A stretch of 30,753 nt of DNA. It comes from Methanocellales archaeon (GTDB lineage: Archaea > Halobacteriota > JAWCLZ01). The DNA lies in NCBI GenBank assembly GCA_038850285.1, contig JAWCMA010000007.1, positions 1-30,753 on the forward strand, read 5' to 3'. Under the pieces are notes generated by a model. It saw nothing but the letters and a program-made list of their open reading frames with translations. It had not been told where the DNA came from and did not search any database. The position numbers were made by a program, and so were the translations under genes. Shown here piece by piece: positions 1 through 12,272 of the stretch; within the stretch, counting starts at the first letter, position 1, and every line of letters begins with the position of its first letter.

Positions 1-304
1 TGTTGCCCACGAGCACCATGCGCGCGATCTCTAGGGTTTCCTCATCGGTAATCCGCAGCCCAGAGACAAATTCGGGTTTCTTCCCCATTTTCTCCATCTT
101 CTGTGAAATCTCAGGGCCTCCTCCGTGGACTACTATTGGGTTTATGCCCACGTATCGCAAAAGCACGATATCCTTAACAATATTTTCTAGAGTTATTTTA
201 TCAACCATCGCGTGCCCGCCGATTTTTATTACTAAATGAGAATCGTGGAATTCTCTGAAATAAGGCAGCGCTTCAATTAATACATTTTCTCTCTTCACCT
301 GCAT
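1..304 (-). CDS. argB: Acetylglutamate kinase (N-terminal part; gene runs off the window edge)
   Basis: Hand translation of the minus strand from ATG 304: [33 protein letters not shown]...[46 protein letters not shown], with the NAGK motifs. Not in the ORF track because it is truncated. Confidence 0.95.
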   Translation of the reverse strand, partial: MQVKRENVLIEALPYFREFHDSHLVIKIGGHAMVDKITLENIVKDIVLLRYVGINPIVVHGGGPEISQKMEKMGKKPEFVSGLRITDEETLEIARMVLVGN

Positions 305-372
305 ATTTTCTCGAGTGCTATAAATTATTAGCTATTCCACCATTAGATTTGCGGTTGCTGCTTTACATCAAT

Positions 373-573
373 TTACAGTCTACCCAGCATAGCTCTTTGA
401 GCATATTTCTTATAAATGGCACATTTAATATGAGCGGGGGTTTCACAAAATTGCTTCCGCTCAGCATATTCCACTTTGCGCTCCCTATTTCCAGCTCTGC
501 AAAAGAATTCTTGCTGGTCTACCGCGTAGTAACCCCTTTCATATATTTTGAAGTGGAAATATGGGCAGGCCAT
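373..573 (-). CDS. Small hypothetical protein with 4 Cys (66 aa)
   Basis: ATG start, fills the gap between argB and the MBL gene, TTTATA box shortly upstream on the minus strand. No family recognised. Confidence 0.55.
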   Translation of the reverse strand: MACPYFHFKIYERGYYAVDQQEFFCRAGNRERKVEYAERKQFCETPAHIKCAIYKKYAQRAMLGRL

Positions 574-627
574 AAACCCATTGAATACTATAAATATTTT
601 CCAACATAACTATTTTACTATGTGGTA

Positions 628-1503
628 ATGATGAAAATTATTCCAGTTGCTTTTGATAGTTTAGGCACCCGCAGTATGGCAACCTTTGTTCAAACCCAGG
701 ACTGCCGGATTTTAATCGATCCTGGCGTTTCACTTGCGCCATCTCGCTATGGACTGCCGCCTCATTCCTTGGAATTTACGCGGATGAAGGAACACTGGGG
801 GGAGATAAGGAAATTTGCCGAAAAAGCAGAAGTGCTAATCGTGACCCATTTCCATTACGATCATCACGATCCAAGTGAACCTGAGATATATGAAGGAAAG
901 ATTCTTTTAATGAAGAACCCGCGTGAGAAAATAAATATAAGTCAAAGGGGAAGGGCCAAGTTTTTCCTTGAGATGCTGGGCAACTTGCCCCAGAAGATCG
1001 AATATTGCGATGGAAGGGAATTTAAATTTGGAGAAACCCAGATAAAGTTTTCACAGCCTGTGCCTCACGGTACGAATGCTAAACTTGGCTATGTCACTGA
1101 GGTTTGCATAGTAGATAGAGAGGGGAAGTTCATTCATACCTCAGATATAGAGGGAGGGAGCTTGGAGGAGCAAGCTTCATTTCTAATTCAAGAGAATCCA
1201 GATATAATTTTTCTAGATGGACCTATGACTTATATGCTGGGCTATCGCTATTCTCAAGCAAGTTTGCAAGCTTCTATAGATAATATATTAAAGGTAATGG
1301 GGAGAACCTCTGTCAAGCGAATAATCCTTGATCACCATTTCTTGAGGGATTTAAATTGGAAGGAATACATTCTAGATATATTCAAAGCCGCCGCTCGCAG
1401 GGGGATAAAAATTCAAACTGCAGCTGAATTCGCGAATTTGGAGAATGACTTGCTTGAAGCGCGCAGAAGAGAACTTTATCGAGATTACCCATTTGAAGAA
1501 TAG
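628..1503 (+). CDS. MBL-fold metallo-hydrolase (archaeal UPF0282-like)
   Basis: THFHYDHH motif, N-terminal AFDSLGTRSMAT and IDPGVSLAP, VPHG, HTSD, LDHH. Start at ATG 628 or 631. Confidence 0.85.
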   Translation: MMKIIPVAFDSLGTRSMATFVQTQDCRILIDPGVSLAPSRYGLPPHSLEFTRMKEHWGEIRKFAEKAEVLIVTHFHYDHHDPSEPEIYEGKILLMKNPREKINISQRGRAKFFLEMLGNLPQKIEYCDGREFKFGETQIKFSQPVPHGTNAKLGYVTEVCIVDREGKFIHTSDIEGGSLEEQASFLIQENPDIIFLDGPMTYMLGYRYSQASLQASIDNILKVMGRTSVKRIILDHHFLRDLNWKEYILDIFKAAARRGIKIQTAAEFANLENDLLEARRRELYRDYPFEE

Positions 1504-1536
1504 CTTTTTAACATAGGAACTATAAATTGCTGTGCA

Positions 1537-1743
1537 ATGAGGAAGAAAGAAAACTGGCGAGAGATCTGTTTTACCTGCAAAGAGTATAAACCGGGAAGTG
1601 TGCATGGAGTATGTCTCCTTCAGAATAGCTGTAGAAAGATAATAAATCAGGATCAAGAGTTAAAAGAAACTTCTAATTGGAGCAAGTGGAAAGTTGAAAC
1701 AGATAGAGATGAAATAAAAAGATGGAAAAGGCAAAAGACCTAG
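1537..1743 (+). CDS. Small hypothetical protein with CxxC and two further Cys (68 aa)
   Basis: ATG start downstream of a TATAAA box, fills the intergenic gap, stop overlaps the alba stop. No family recognised. Confidence 0.45.
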   Translation: MRKKENWREICFTCKEYKPGSVHGVCLLQNSCRKIINQDQELKETSNWSKWKVETDRDEIKRWKRQKT

Positions 1744-2021
1744 GTCTGGCGCTTTAGCAAGATTTCAATTGAGGAAACGTTGATTTCCTCTCCTTTCTCT
1801 CCTTGAATTTCCTCGGTACCTATTTTTATGCCTCCAACTGTTACATTTGGCAAAAATCTATTCCTCGCAACCTCTGCTGTGTCAACTGCTCGAGATATTG
1901 CTCTACCTCTTGCTTTTATTGTAACCTCTTTCGCACCTTCATTGAATTGAGTTACAGTTGCGAGTACATAATTCATTATTGGTTTGTTCCCAACGTAGAT
2001 CACGTTATCTTCTTCTGCCAT
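1740..2021 (-). CDS. albA: DNA/RNA-binding protein Alba
   Basis: [33 protein letters not shown]; GGAGG RBS upstream. Confidence 0.97.
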   Translation of the reverse strand: MAEEDNVIYVGNKPIMNYVLATVTQFNEGAKEVTIKARGRAISRAVDTAEVARNRFLPNVTVGGIKIGTEEIQGEKGEEINVSSIEILLKRQT

Positions 2022-2155
2022 CTATGCAACCTCCGATTGTGAAGTTAGATAGTTTACTCTCACTCCTTGTATATAAATATAATGAAAAACATTTTACGAT
2101 GAACAGATTTATAAAGATTAAATCGCCATTAAAAAATATTCAAGGCGGAATTTGC

Positions 2156-3175
2156 ATGGCAGCTACGATAATTGTAGGAGGATTCTTTGGAGACGAGGGA
2201 AAAGGGAAGATCGTTGCACATATTGCAAATACAGATAAGCCAGCTATAATTGCAAGAGGCGGGGTTGGCCCTAACGCAGGGCACACCGTTGAAGTTAGCG
2301 GGCAGAAGTTTGGCGTGAGAATGATTCCAAGTGGATTTGTCTATCCAAAGGCCCGTTTATTGATAGGTGCAGGGGTGCTCGTAGATCCCAAAGTTTTTCT
2401 AAGGGAAGTTGAAATGCTCAAGGTTCGCGGTAGAATTGGCATTGACAAGCGCTGCTGCATAATTGAAGAATCCCATATAGAGAGGGATCGTGTAAATAAA
2501 CATCTCTCCAGCGTAATAGGTACAACTGGCACTGGATGCGGCCCGGCAAATGTGGATCGTGTAATGCGAGTGGCTAAGCAAGCGAAGGATATAGCTGAGC
2601 TTCAGGAGTACATCGTGGATGCAGCTCTTGAGATAAATCAAGCTTTAGATAGAAAGGAGAATGTAATTTTAGAGGGCACACAAGGCTTTGGAATTTCCCT
2701 TTTCTATGGCACTTATCCCTATGTGACCTCAAAGGATACATCTGCTTCACAGGTGGCAAGTGATGTTGGCGTGGGTCCCACGCGGATTAAAGATGTGATT
2801 GTTGTTTTCAAAACTTTTCCAACTCGCGTTGGCTCAGGCCCCTTTGCAACGGAGATGCCTGCAGAGGAAGCTAAGCGGCTGGGAATAGAGGAATTTGGCA
2901 CGGTCACAGGTAGAAGAAGGAGAATAGGATGGTGGAATGGAGAAATGGGGCGCTATTCCGCGATGGTGAATGGCGCAACTCAAGCTGCACTTACAGGTAT
3001 AGATAAATTAGATTCCAGTTGCTATGGGGCTAAAAAGTGGGAGGAATTGAGTGAGAAAGCGAAGCAATTTGTCCTTGCCTGCGAGAAACAAGTAAGGGTT
3101 CCATTTACCTTGATTTCAACTGGGCCTGAGCTATCTCAGATCATCGACCTTAGATCTGAAAAAATTGGGAGGTAA
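2156..3175 (+). CDS. purA: Adenylosuccinate synthetase (short archaeal type)
   Basis: [48 protein letters not shown]. Start placed at ATG 2156, not the track's 1958. Confidence 0.97.
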   Translation: MAATIIVGGFFGDEGKGKIVAHIANTDKPAIIARGGVGPNAGHTVEVSGQKFGVRMIPSGFVYPKARLLIGAGVLVDPKVFLREVEMLKVRGRIGIDKRCCIIEESHIERDRVNKHLSSVIGTTGTGCGPANVDRVMRVAKQAKDIAELQEYIVDAALEINQALDRKENVILEGTQGFGISLFYGTYPYVTSKDTSASQVASDVGVGPTRIKDVIVVFKTFPTRVGSGPFATEMPAEEAKRLGIEEFGTVTGRRRRIGWWNGEMGRYSAMVNGATQAALTGIDKLDSSCYGAKKWEELSEKAKQFVLACEKQVRVPFTLISTGPELSQIIDLRSEKIGR

Positions 3176-3179
3176 AAAA

Positions 3180-3377
3180 ATGAAGAGAGAACTCATGGAG
3201 ATACTCGCATGTCCCCTTTGCAAAGGAGATTTGAAACTTGATGTTAAAGAGGAAAATGAAATTGAAATAATAACTGGCTCGCTTTACTGTGAAAAATGCA
3301 AAGAAACCTATCCAATAGAAGAAGGAATTCCCAATCTTTTGCCTCCTGAATTAAGGGAAAAGTCTAAGAAGCTTTAA
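3180..3377 (+). CDS. Trm112-family methyltransferase partner (zinc knuckle)
   Basis: LMEILACPLCKGDL...LYCEKC..YPIEEGIPNLL; GGAGGT RBS before ATG 3180. Confidence 0.9.
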   Translation: MKRELMEILACPLCKGDLKLDVKEENEIEIITGSLYCEKCKETYPIEEGIPNLLPPELREKSKKL

Positions 3378-3404
3378 TGTATTAGGAGGACGAAAATAAA
3401 TTGA

Positions 3405-4016
3405 ATGGTTTATCAAGAGGTACATATTAATAGAAAAGAAGTCAACTCCATTGAGTTTGCAAATAATGAAATATTCATCCCCCTCAAACCCGGTGAAGAG
3501 CATACATTTGAAATTAGCATCATTAATCACGGCACGCCCACGCATGTTCATCTCTCAACCAGCACCAATCTCCGCGATAAAATTGTTTTCCTCAGGGATA
3601 ATCCCTATGTGCAGAGAGAAGTTAAAATTCCAGCAGTTGTACATTTACCAGCAAGCAGTGAGAAGTTATATCAAGGGGAAATTTACGTTAGCACTGGCTA
3701 TGGATCAAAGAAGAAGAGCTTCATAGCTAAGCTAGGAGTGGAGATGGAGGAGGAGAAAACCCTGCAGGTAGTTGTGGATGAAAGTTTATCTCGACATGAG
3801 AGGCCAATTGAAAGACCAGCTGAGAAATTTAGATTTAAATTACCAGCAATGCCTAAGGTAAACCTCACTCTCATGCTCTTACTCATTTCCCTAGGAATTG
3901 GATTTGCCTTAATAGCACTTTCCTTCTTGAGAGCAATTGATAGATTCTATGGTTCCATTGCTGCATCTGCAATCATAGTTTATTTACTAATATATCTCGC
4001 TGGTAGAGTTAAGTGA
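3405..4016 (+). CDS. Hypothetical protein, soluble N-terminal domain with two C-terminal TM helices
   Basis: AGGAGG upstream; hydrophobic stretches [22 protein letters not shown] and [16 protein letters not shown]; directly abuts pyrG. Confidence 0.8.
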   Translation: MVYQEVHINRKEVNSIEFANNEIFIPLKPGEEHTFEISIINHGTPTHVHLSTSTNLRDKIVFLRDNPYVQREVKIPAVVHLPASSEKLYQGEIYVSTGYGSKKKSFIAKLGVEMEEEKTLQVVVDESLSRHERPIERPAEKFRFKLPAMPKVNLTLMLLLISLGIGFALIALSFLRAIDRFYGSIAASAIIVYLLIYLAGRVK

Positions 4017-4017
4017 G

Positions 4018-5634
4018 GTGGAAATGAAATATATAATTGTAACTGGCGGGGTCATGAGTGGGCTAGGAAAGGGAATAACCACGGCTTCCATTGGGAGAAT
4101 CCTTAAAAATCGTGGGTATAGTGTTACCGCCATAAAAATAGATCCCTATATCAACATAGATGCTGGAACCATGAATCCCCTTCAGCATGGCGAGGTATAT
4201 GTGCTTAAAGATGGAGGGGAGGTAGATCTCGATCTAGGGCACTATGAACGCTTTCTGGATGTAGAGCTCACAAGTGAGCATAATATAACCACTGGCAAGA
4301 TCTATAAAGCAGTTATAGAGAAAGAGCGAAGAGGAGATTACCTCGGTAAAACTGTGCAGATAATACCCCACGTTACAAATGAAATAAAGGAAAACATTCG
4401 CAGAGTTGCAAAGAAAAGCAACTGCGAGATTTGCTTAGTTGAGATAGGTGGAACTGTGGGTGATATAGAAAGCATGCCATTTCTTGAAGCAGTTCGCCAG
4501 ATGCACGCTGAGGAAGACGAGAAGGATATGGTTTTCATTCATGTAACGCTAATACCAACCGATACCATGGGGGAGCAGAAAACAAAGCCAACGCAGCACT
4601 CAGTTAAAGCCCTCCGTGAACTTGGACTGCAGCCAGATGTAATCGTAGGCAGATCCAAAGAGCCACTCACCGCTGGCACGAAGCAAAAGATTGCCTTATT
4701 CTGCGATGTGCCGCAGGGAGCAGTGATAAGCGCTTATGATGCAGATGATATCTATAAAGTACCCCTTATGCTTGAAAAAGAAAGACTTGGAGATTATCTA
4801 ATTAGGAAACTTGATCTAGCGCCTAGAGAACCAAGTAAGGAGTGGGAGGAAACTGTCACGCGCTTAGATAAAGCGGATAAAGAGGTAACGGTGGCTATAG
4901 TTGGTAAATATGGCATTGAGGATGTATATTTAAGCATAAAGGAAGCCCTTCGCCACGCTGGTGTAGACCTAGGCTGCGCGGTAAACATACTTTGGATAGA
5001 TTCCGAGGACTTAGAAGAAGACCCTGAGGCGCTGCGCTGCTTAGAAAAAGTAGATGGAATTCTAGTACCAGGAGGTTTTGGAGTTCGAGGTACTGAGGGA
5101 AAGATACTTGCAATTCGATATGCAAGGGAAAATAACATTCCATATCTAGGTCTATGCTTTGGCTTTCAATTAGCAGTAGTGGAATTCGCTAGAAATGTAC
5201 TTGGCTTAAAAGATGCCAATAGCTCAGAGCTTGCTAATACCTCAAATCCAGTGATCGATCTCCTACCGGAGCAAGAGCAGGTTAAGAATAAAGGAGGAAC
5301 CATGAGGCTTGGAAATCATATAGTGACGATTAAAGAAGGAACCCTTGCCCACAATTTCTATGGTAAAACAAAGGTCGTTGAGAGACATAGACATAGATTC
5401 GAAGTAAACCCGAAGTTCATTCCAATGTTCGAGGAAAAAGGCTTAGTTTTCTCAGGCTATGATGAATATAGAATGGAGATCCTTGAGATTCCAACCCATA
5501 GATTCTTCATAGGCACTCAATTCCACCCGGAGTTTAAATCTGCTCCAGGCAAGCCCTCTCCTGTATTTAAGGCATTTGTTCAAGCTATGATTGAAAAAGG
5601 CGCTGGGAATGCTAAAAAGACGGCTTGCAGCTAG
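4018..5634 (+). CDS. pyrG: CTP synthase
   Basis: [51 protein letters not shown]. Start at GTG 4018 or ATG 4024. Confidence 0.98.
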   Translation: MEMKYIIVTGGVMSGLGKGITTASIGRILKNRGYSVTAIKIDPYINIDAGTMNPLQHGEVYVLKDGGEVDLDLGHYERFLDVELTSEHNITTGKIYKAVIEKERRGDYLGKTVQIIPHVTNEIKENIRRVAKKSNCEICLVEIGGTVGDIESMPFLEAVRQMHAEEDEKDMVFIHVTLIPTDTMGEQKTKPTQHSVKALRELGLQPDVIVGRSKEPLTAGTKQKIALFCDVPQGAVISAYDADDIYKVPLMLEKERLGDYLIRKLDLAPREPSKEWEETVTRLDKADKEVTVAIVGKYGIEDVYLSIKEALRHAGVDLGCAVNILWIDSEDLEEDPEALRCLEKVDGILVPGGFGVRGTEGKILAIRYARENNIPYLGLCFGFQLAVVEFARNVLGLKDANSSELANTSNPVIDLLPEQEQVKNKGGTMRLGNHIVTIKEGTLAHNFYGKTKVVERHRHRFEVNPKFIPMFEEKGLVFSGYDEYRMEILEIPTHRFFIGTQFHPEFKSAPGKPSPVFKAFVQAMIEKGAGNAKKTACS

Positions 5635-7492
5635 CTATTTTCCATATAAACTTAGGGAGAAGCAAGAGGAATTAATTTCCTTTATAAAGCAAGAGGTAGC
5701 AGCTGGAAAAAATGTTGTAATATGCGCCCCCACTGGCTTTGGCAAAACTCCCGCGATACTAGCTGGGCTTCTACCCAAAGCTTTAAAGGAGAAGAGAAAA
5801 ATCCTCTGGGCAGTTCGAACAGGTAATGAAACAGATCGACCTGTGGAGGAACTCAAGCAGATTAATCGCGCTGTGGGTTTAGAGTTATTCGGTCTTTCAT
5901 ATAGAGGTAAAAAAGACATGTGCCTGCTGCTGCGAGATTTAAAGCTAAGTGAAGAATTGGACTTCGAAGATGCCTCATTCCTATGCAAGCTGAAGGAGAA
6001 AGAATGCAAATACAGCCTAGGCTATCAAAATTATGAATTGGAACCTGAGCTAATTCAAAAACCTAGGCTTTATTCCGAGATCTTGAGATACTGCGAGAAC
6101 CACGGGATATGTGCCTATAAATTGCAATCGGATTTAATATTATACGCGGATTTAGCTGCACTGAACTACAATTATATAATAGATGAAGCCATAAGCTGGG
6201 CAATGCATAGGAAAGTAAACTATGGGAGAAGCTTGCTTGTGGTTGACGAAGCCCATAATCTACAAGCAGCCTGTGCAAATCTCAATTCCAACGAAATAAC
6301 CCTAGGCACAGTTAAGCAAGCATTGAAAGAAATAGCGCAATTTAACTCGAGGAAGGTGGAGATTTTTTTAGAAAAAATGCAAGCACACTTGCAAGGAATA
6401 CATCGCAGCATGGAGCATGAGGAGCGAGAATTCAATGTTAAAGAATGCATTGAGAAATGCTCCAGTGGCTATGAGGATTTTGAAATTAGTATAAAGCTGG
6501 TTAAAAAATTTGGCACATTAGTGAGAAAAGAAAAGCTTGCTTTAGATAAAGCACCTAGATCTAGCCTATTTCGTCTAGGCAGCTTCTTCGGTGGAGTGCT
6601 TGAAAATTTAAATGTGGATGGAATTGCATTTCTCGCTACTAAGGAAAAACAAAATTTGAAAATTGAGATGTGGGATATGAGGTCAAGCGCAGTTTTAAAG
6701 CCGAGATGGAGGAATTTCCACAGCATTGTTTTCTGCTCAGGCACCCTTAAACCAATTGAGGCATTTGCAGAAACAATTGGCTTAGAGAATTACTCAGGGC
6801 GCAGCTTTCCCTCTTTTTTCAATAAGCAAAATGCACTATCGCTTATAGTTAAAGACTTAAGTGCAGAGGGAGAGGAATTGAGCAAGCAAATGGCTTTGAA
6901 GTATTTGCAAGCTATAGATGAATTTTTAAAAGCACTAGATGCAAATATAGCTATTTTCTCAGCAAGCTATCGAATTCAAAAATCGCTGTTAAAAGCGGGC
7001 TTGAAGAGCATAATTAAGCAGAATAATAGAAGATTATTCTTGGAAGAAAAGGGAATCTCAGGCTGCGAGGGCAGAAGAATTTTAGATGGATTCAAAAGCT
7101 CTAAGAATGGCGTGCTATGTGCAACTATGACAGGAAGATACGCTGAAGGCGCTGATTTCCCAGGTCGAGAGCTGGAAGGAATATTTTTAGTTGGAATTCC
7201 ATTCGATAAAGTAACTATTCGAACCCAACTCTACATAGATTACTACCAACGCCTCTATGGTAAGGAGAGGGGCAGCTTATATGCCTATATATTGCCTGCA
7301 ATGAGAAGAGCTTCACAAGCACTAGGCAGAGCACTTCGCTCTAGAGAAGATCGAGCAATATTCATACTGGGCGATTCTAGATATATATCCAAGCGCTTCA
7401 TAGCTTTTTTACCGGATTTCGTGAAGTGGAACTGCAAAAGCGTGGAAATTGGGGAAATAGGCAGAGAGATTAAGAAGTTCTGGCAACCTTAA
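5609..7492 (+). CDS. XPD/Rad3-family Fe-S DNA helicase
   Basis: Q motif [17 protein letters not shown], four Cys in the Fe-S region (DMC, FLC, KEC, ICAY), [17 protein letters not shown]. Overlaps the pyrG end. Confidence 0.9.
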   Translation: MLKRRLAASYFPYKLREKQEELISFIKQEVAAGKNVVICAPTGFGKTPAILAGLLPKALKEKRKILWAVRTGNETDRPVEELKQINRAVGLELFGLSYRGKKDMCLLLRDLKLSEELDFEDASFLCKLKEKECKYSLGYQNYELEPELIQKPRLYSEILRYCENHGICAYKLQSDLILYADLAALNYNYIIDEAISWAMHRKVNYGRSLLVVDEAHNLQAACANLNSNEITLGTVKQALKEIAQFNSRKVEIFLEKMQAHLQGIHRSMEHEEREFNVKECIEKCSSGYEDFEISIKLVKKFGTLVRKEKLALDKAPRSSLFRLGSFFGGVLENLNVDGIAFLATKEKQNLKIEMWDMRSSAVLKPRWRNFHSIVFCSGTLKPIEAFAETIGLENYSGRSFPSFFNKQNALSLIVKDLSAEGEELSKQMALKYLQAIDEFLKALDANIAIFSASYRIQKSLLKAGLKSIIKQNNRRLFLEEKGISGCEGRRILDGFKSSKNGVLCATMTGRYAEGADFPGRELEGIFLVGIPFDKVTIRTQLYIDYYQRLYGKERGSLYAYILPAMRRASQALGRALRSREDRAIFILGDSRYISKRFIAFLPDFVKWNCKSVEIGEIGREIKKFWQP

Positions 7493-9348
7493 CCCGCAAA
7501 TTTGGGCCTGTAGGAGAGCCTCGCTGGAAGGGGAAGAGGTTTAAATGGCTTGGCCTTGCATTGATCGCGCACCCTTTGAATTAGCTCCTCTATAGAGAGC
7601 TCTTCCAGCGTTCCACCTTCTCTAATTCTAATCGCTAGCTTTCCCTTTAGCTCCTTCTCGCCTATTACCCCTATATATGGAATCCATTCTCTCTCTGCAT
7701 TTCGTATTTTTTTACTCACAGTTTCCTCGGTGTCGTCTAAATCAGCTCTTATGCTTGAATTCTGAAGATGATTTAATAATTCCTCACAGTATTTTTCATA
7801 CTCCCGTCCAACTGGTATGAGTCTCACCATAACTGGGGAGAGCCAGACTGGTAGCATTGGCTTATTTTGCTGCATGCTGGCTTTTTCAAGCAGTGCATAA
7901 ATGCAGCGCTCTATTGCTCCACTTGGAGAGCAGTGCAGTATCACTGGTTTTCTCTCCTCATTACTTGCATCTATATATTTTATTCCATAGCGCTCCGCAT
8001 TTTCAACGTCTATTTGAACCGTTGAAAGCGCGCTTGCTTTATCAAGGGCATCTATGAAGTTGAATTCGAATTTGAGGATGAAGTAGAAGAAGCGCTCATC
8101 CCACATCTCTATGAGCACTGGTTTGTTAACAATTCTTACTAGAGAAACTATGAATTCTTTATATTCGCGATAGAAATCTCTTGTGAATCTAATGGCCACT
8201 TCATAGTCCTTGAGAGTTAAGCCAATTTCTTTAAGCACATCCATGCAGAATTCATACTGCTGTTTAAACTCCGCTATCGCTTCCTCCATATCTCTGCATA
8301 GTGTGTGCATATCAGGCATTGTGAAGGCCCGGAGGCGGCGCAATCCCACCAACTCCCCTCTTTGCTCCCTCCTGAAGCTATATCTCGTTAGCTCGATCAT
8401 CTTAAGGGGTAAGTTTTTGTAGGAAATAACCATGTCTTGATTCATGAGGAATTGCCCAAAGCAAGCTGCGAATCTCAAAAACATATTTCTCTTATCTGAT
8501 TCAATGGAATACTGCCTAGCTGGGAATCTATCAAGGTAGTCCTTAAGTGCTGGATGCTCCATGTCATACATCAAAGGCGTTTCAACCTCCATCGCACCAT
8601 ACTCTATGGAGCGATTTAAAACATAGTTCTCCAATAAGCTCTTAATCAACCTCCCCTTGGGGTAATAGCGCATATTCCCTGGGTCTGAGCTTGATTCATA
8701 GTCCGCTATTTCTAATCTTCTCATTAGCTCAACGTGAGGAGGGGGTTTATCTACCGCGCGGCTTTTTGCAATTTCATAGCTTGCGAATTTCCTGAGTTTT
8801 TCATGTGCTGTGAAATTAAATTTATCGACTTCAACTAGCTCGCCATTGGGAGTGAGCACATACCAATATGACTTGGCTTTTTCCTCTGCTTTAATTGCCT
8901 TAGAAACTATTTCCCCAGGCTCGCTTGATTTAATAGATCTTGAGAGCTCAGATAGCGGGTGACCTTTACAAGCTATTTTGAATGCCTTATACCAGCCAAA
9001 TGGCGCTCGCTTCACTTCGAATTTATTAAGCGCTTTTAGCGCTGCCTCAAGTCTCTTGAGCACTTCAATTGCTACTTCAGGTTTAGCGAGGCTGGAACTT
9101 AAATGAGCATAGGGATAGAGCATTATTCTATTCGCCTGTACTTTTTGAGCTACATCTAGGATATTTACAATACCCTTATCCACTATTTCCAGTGGAGCTG
9201 CTTCATCGCTTTTCTCCACAGCTATAAATACCACTAGGGCATCTTCTATTCTATCGCCTTTATAATTTTCAGCTATTTTCTCCGCCACTGAAGTGCTCTT
9301 TTTAATCTCAAACTCAATGAAGTCCGCGTGGATGAATAAAATCTGCAT
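7489..9348 (-). CDS. thrS: Threonine--tRNA ligase, archaeal type with N-terminal editing domain
   Basis: YPYAHLS and APFGWYK editing-domain motifs; [26 protein letters not shown]. Confidence 0.97.
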   Translation of the reverse strand: MQILFIHADFIEFEIKKSTSVAEKIAENYKGDRIEDALVVFIAVEKSDEAAPLEIVDKGIVNILDVAQKVQANRIMLYPYAHLSSSLAKPEVAIEVLKRLEAALKALNKFEVKRAPFGWYKAFKIACKGHPLSELSRSIKSSEPGEIVSKAIKAEEKAKSYWYVLTPNGELVEVDKFNFTAHEKLRKFASYEIAKSRAVDKPPPHVELMRRLEIADYESSSDPGNMRYYPKGRLIKSLLENYVLNRSIEYGAMEVETPLMYDMEHPALKDYLDRFPARQYSIESDKRNMFLRFAACFGQFLMNQDMVISYKNLPLKMIELTRYSFRREQRGELVGLRRLRAFTMPDMHTLCRDMEEAIAEFKQQYEFCMDVLKEIGLTLKDYEVAIRFTRDFYREYKEFIVSLVRIVNKPVLIEMWDERFFYFILKFEFNFIDALDKASALSTVQIDVENAERYGIKYIDASNEERKPVILHCSPSGAIERCIYALLEKASMQQNKPMLPVWLSPVMVRLIPVGREYEKYCEELLNHLQNSSIRADLDDTEETVSKKIRNAEREWIPYIGVIGEKELKGKLAIRIREGGTLEELSIEELIQRVRDQCKAKPFKPLPLPARLSYRPKFAG

Positions 9349-9397
9349 TCACAACCCTTTGAGATATTGAAATAAGCTTGGGGGTAGATAAGCATTG

Positions 9398-10051
9398 TCA
9401 TGCATATTTAATCCAAGTGCATATAGCTTGCTTTCCCTCAAGCACACTGCGCAGTCTTCTTGAAATCCTTCCATTTACGATGCAGCAGTTCATTTTATAT
9501 CTAACTAGCAATTCCGGCAGCATTTTATCCACGCATTTCATATCCTTATTTATTTCCGCTGCTTTCACTTGATGCAGCAGAAGTTTTTTCTCAGTTTCAA
9601 AGTCTTTGTATATTCCATTCACATCTTTCACCAAGATAAGTTTACTTGCCTTAATTTTCATAGCGATATAGCAAGCTATTGAATCGGAGGTTACATCCCA
9701 AGAATGGGGAAGGATTTTTTCACTTACTTTGAGCAGTGATTGAGAGGGAAGTAGAATTGCGTATCTCTCTTTTCTAGCTTGATCTATTCTCTGCACTATT
9801 GCAGCGTTGGTTAAAAACTGGCTTAGAAAAAGGCCATATTGATCCATGGCTAATAATGCCATTTTATGGGATATAGTTGGAGATAGCTGAAAGCTGCTAT
9901 CCAGATTTCTAATGTGATCGGCAAAACTCCCTCCCCCTGGGATGATTAAGAGTTTGTGATAAGCTGAGAGCTTCTCGATTTCCATGCAGAGCTGCTTTAG
10001 TTTTCGCGGATAATTCATCAAGCTTCCGCCGATTTTAATCACGCTATGCAT
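9398..10051 (-). CDS. mfnE: Amino-acid-kinase family, [5-(aminomethyl)furan-3-yl]methyl phosphate kinase
   Basis: VIKIGGS, PGGGSFAD, HKMALLAMDQYG, LPHSWDVTSDSI, KDVNGI; overlaps mfnF. Confidence 0.85.
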   Translation of the reverse strand: MHSVIKIGGSLMNYPRKLKQLCMEIEKLSAYHKLLIIPGGGSFADHIRNLDSSFQLSPTISHKMALLAMDQYGLFLSQFLTNAAIVQRIDQARKERYAILLPSQSLLKVSEKILPHSWDVTSDSIACYIAMKIKASKLILVKDVNGIYKDFETEKKLLLHQVKAAEINKDMKCVDKMLPELLVRYKMNCCIVNGRISRRLRSVLEGKQAICTWIKYA

Positions 10052-11085
10052 TTTTCAGCCTCGAGTTTCTCAGCTAGCATAATTGCAAGTGCTGCCGCGG
10101 GAGCGGCGTTTGCTAGCTCCAGGCCCATGATTTCATCCAAGTCTATTATTTTATCAACGCCTAGTTTCTTAGCTGCATCCCGGGCTATAAATTTCCCGAG
10201 TCCAGTTATGACGATGGGGAATTGCTTGTAGGGCTTTCTAACTTTGGAGAGCGAATTTGCAACCAGCCAGACTTGCTCTTCATATATATATCTAGCCATT
10301 GCCTTTACTTCTTCTCGAGAGAGCATTTCTAGGTCTGCACATATCACTCTCGCGAGGCGTGCCATTGCCTCGCGCACTGTCTTGCCCCGTCCATCTGGGG
10401 TTTCACAGCTGTAGTCTCTCTTTTTAATTTTGCCTAGAATTAAATTAACATCCCCTGTGATGGAGAAGTACTCCGATGAAACTCCTGCAAGGGAACCTTT
10501 AATGGGTATTCTTCTTACAATCGCAGCCACGTTAGATCGAAGTGCCCCGGTATAGACAAGCTCGCTTGAAATCAAGCGATCTAAATCTGTTTTTCCCTTT
10601 GCCTTTATATTTCCATTGACTATGGGAATTATATCAGTAGTGGTACTGCCTACATCAACTAATATGCAGCTAGGCAGTTTTTTGCTCAATACATATGCAG
10701 TTGCCACCCAATTCACGCTGGCTATTTTCAATGGATCTTTCACTGCCTCAGGTATTGATCGCAGTTTGCCTTTGACGTCTAAAACATAGATTGGGGCAAA
10801 TGGTAGTGCTTTTTCAACACTCCTTAAAACATGCTCTATCCCCTCTCGCTTAGTTGGATATACATCGCTTAGTTCAGCTGTGGTGGTTACTCCAATTGCG
10901 CGGATCTCCCCATCAATTTTCATTTTATTATAAATCTGTTTAAGTTTGCTTGGCAGTTCATCTCGTTTTCTCCAAATTGGAAAATACACCGAGTAATTCT
11001 CTGCTTTAATAGCACCTTTTTCATATTCCACTAAGGAGAGTTTTATATTTGCTCCTCCAATATCAAGACCTAAGATTCGAAGCAT
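10039..11085 (-). CDS. mfnF: Hydantoinase-A-like methanofuran biosynthesis protein
   Basis: GLDIGGANIK, TTAELSD, DVGSTTTDIIP, ELVYTGALR, TPDGRGK, RLARVICAD. Confidence 0.9.
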   Translation of the reverse strand: MLRILGLDIGGANIKLSLVEYEKGAIKAENYSVYFPIWRKRDELPSKLKQIYNKMKIDGEIRAIGVTTTAELSDVYPTKREGIEHVLRSVEKALPFAPIYVLDVKGKLRSIPEAVKDPLKIASVNWVATAYVLSKKLPSCILVDVGSTTTDIIPIVNGNIKAKGKTDLDRLISSELVYTGALRSNVAAIVRRIPIKGSLAGVSSEYFSITGDVNLILGKIKKRDYSCETPDGRGKTVREAMARLARVICADLEMLSREEVKAMARYIYEEQVWLVANSLSKVRKPYKQFPIVITGLGKFIARDAAKKLGVDKIIDLDEIMGLELANAAPAAALAIMLAEKLEAEKCIA

Positions 11086-12257
11086 CTCTCCTCCTTCAAT
11101 ATATGATATATTTCTTTCTTTGCAGCTGCCAATGCAGCCGATACTCTTTTCTCATCCCTACTATGGGAGCTAATGAATGCAAGTGTTTCCCCTTCATTGA
11201 GGTATTCATTAATCGCTAGAGGCGGACTTACCACGCCTTTTAAGCTCCATATAGCTTTCGCAAGCTCCTCGGTTATAAAAATTCTGCGAGGGGTAATAAT
11301 GCGCTCAATCGCAGCGAAGCCTTTTCCCATGATTCCCTCCGGGAGTTTCCCCTCTAGCACCGCTTCACTAATTGCTTTAACAATATTGATCCCTGCTACT
11401 TTCCCAGCGATTAGGCAAGAAGTAGTAAGCCTGGGATTTATCTCCACGATGTATACTTTATCCTTCGTTAAAACCATGTCCACACCTGCATATCCCCTTA
11501 GCCCGGGTATGCTTAAAACTGCTTTTCGAGCAGCCTCTTTTGCCATTTGCTCAAGAGGGTGATGTAAAGGCGCTGAATTGCCAAAGTACTTTAAACCCTC
11601 ATTTTCCACGATTTTCTGGGAATTTAAAGTGAGCACCACTCCATTATTCGAATTGCAGATCACACTAGCGCTGGCGTGCTTGCCTTTTATGTATTCCTCA
11701 GCTAGAAAGTACTTTAATTTAGTCTCCAACTTCACCTTGGATATAGCTGCTTTCACCTCAGCTTCTTTCCTCACAATGCTTGTGCCACTACCTCCAACGC
11801 CATCAAGTGGCTTAATTACAAAAGGGTATTCAATTCCAATCTCTCTTTTTGATTCAAAAGCAATTTTTTGAGAATCTGGAGTAAAAATATCCTTAGACCT
11901 CAATAGCTCCTGGGTTTTGGATTTATCGCCAGCTATATATATCCCCTTTGAGGTGCATCCTAGAAGTGGTAATCTAGCTTTTTCCACTTCCCTTGCGAGT
12001 TTATAGAGAATAAGGTCTGTTTCAGGTGCAATTACAAGCACTCCATCTACCTCTTTAAGAGCTGCTTTAAAATCTCTGAATCCCACCTCTATGAGTTCCA
12101 GTTTTGCAATACGCGGGTCAAGGATTGTTACAGCCTCAAAGTTTGCTTCTTTGGCTTCTTGGATTGCGAAGTTAAGCATCGCAAATCCTTCGGTTAAAAG
12201 AGAGCTTGCTCTAGCTAAACCGCTACTTGCATATTCAAAGATTAAAATGCGCTTCAT
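11070..12257 (-). CDS. mfnD: ATP-grasp tyramine--L-glutamate ligase
   Basis: ILIFEYA, EGFAML, IAPETD, IKPLDGVGG, GYAGVD, VEINPRLTTS; in an operon with mfnF and mfnE. Confidence 0.85.
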   Translation of the reverse strand: MKRILIFEYASSGLARASSLLTEGFAMLNFAIQEAKEANFEAVTILDPRIAKLELIEVGFRDFKAALKEVDGVLVIAPETDLILYKLAREVEKARLPLLGCTSKGIYIAGDKSKTQELLRSKDIFTPDSQKIAFESKREIGIEYPFVIKPLDGVGGSGTSIVRKEAEVKAAISKVKLETKLKYFLAEEYIKGKHASASVICNSNNGVVLTLNSQKIVENEGLKYFGNSAPLHHPLEQMAKEAARKAVLSIPGLRGYAGVDMVLTKDKVYIVEINPRLTTSCLIAGKVAGINIVKAISEAVLEGKLPEGIMGKGFAAIERIITPRRIFITEELAKAIWSLKGVVSPPLAINEYLNEGETLAFISSHSRDEKRVSAALAAAKKEIYHILKEERCFES

Positions 12258-12272
12258 TATAATAAAAAGAGT

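Noticed and set aside
3-239. Plus-strand 78-aa ORF and the other short ORFs nested in long genes
   Set aside because: Antisense or off-frame shadows of recognisable genes (here argB) with no motifs of their own.
1958-2155. N-terminal extensions given by the track for purA, cmk, mch and fpoO
   Set aside because: They run through promoters or neighbouring genes; internal ATGs match the family N-termini, several with an RBS.
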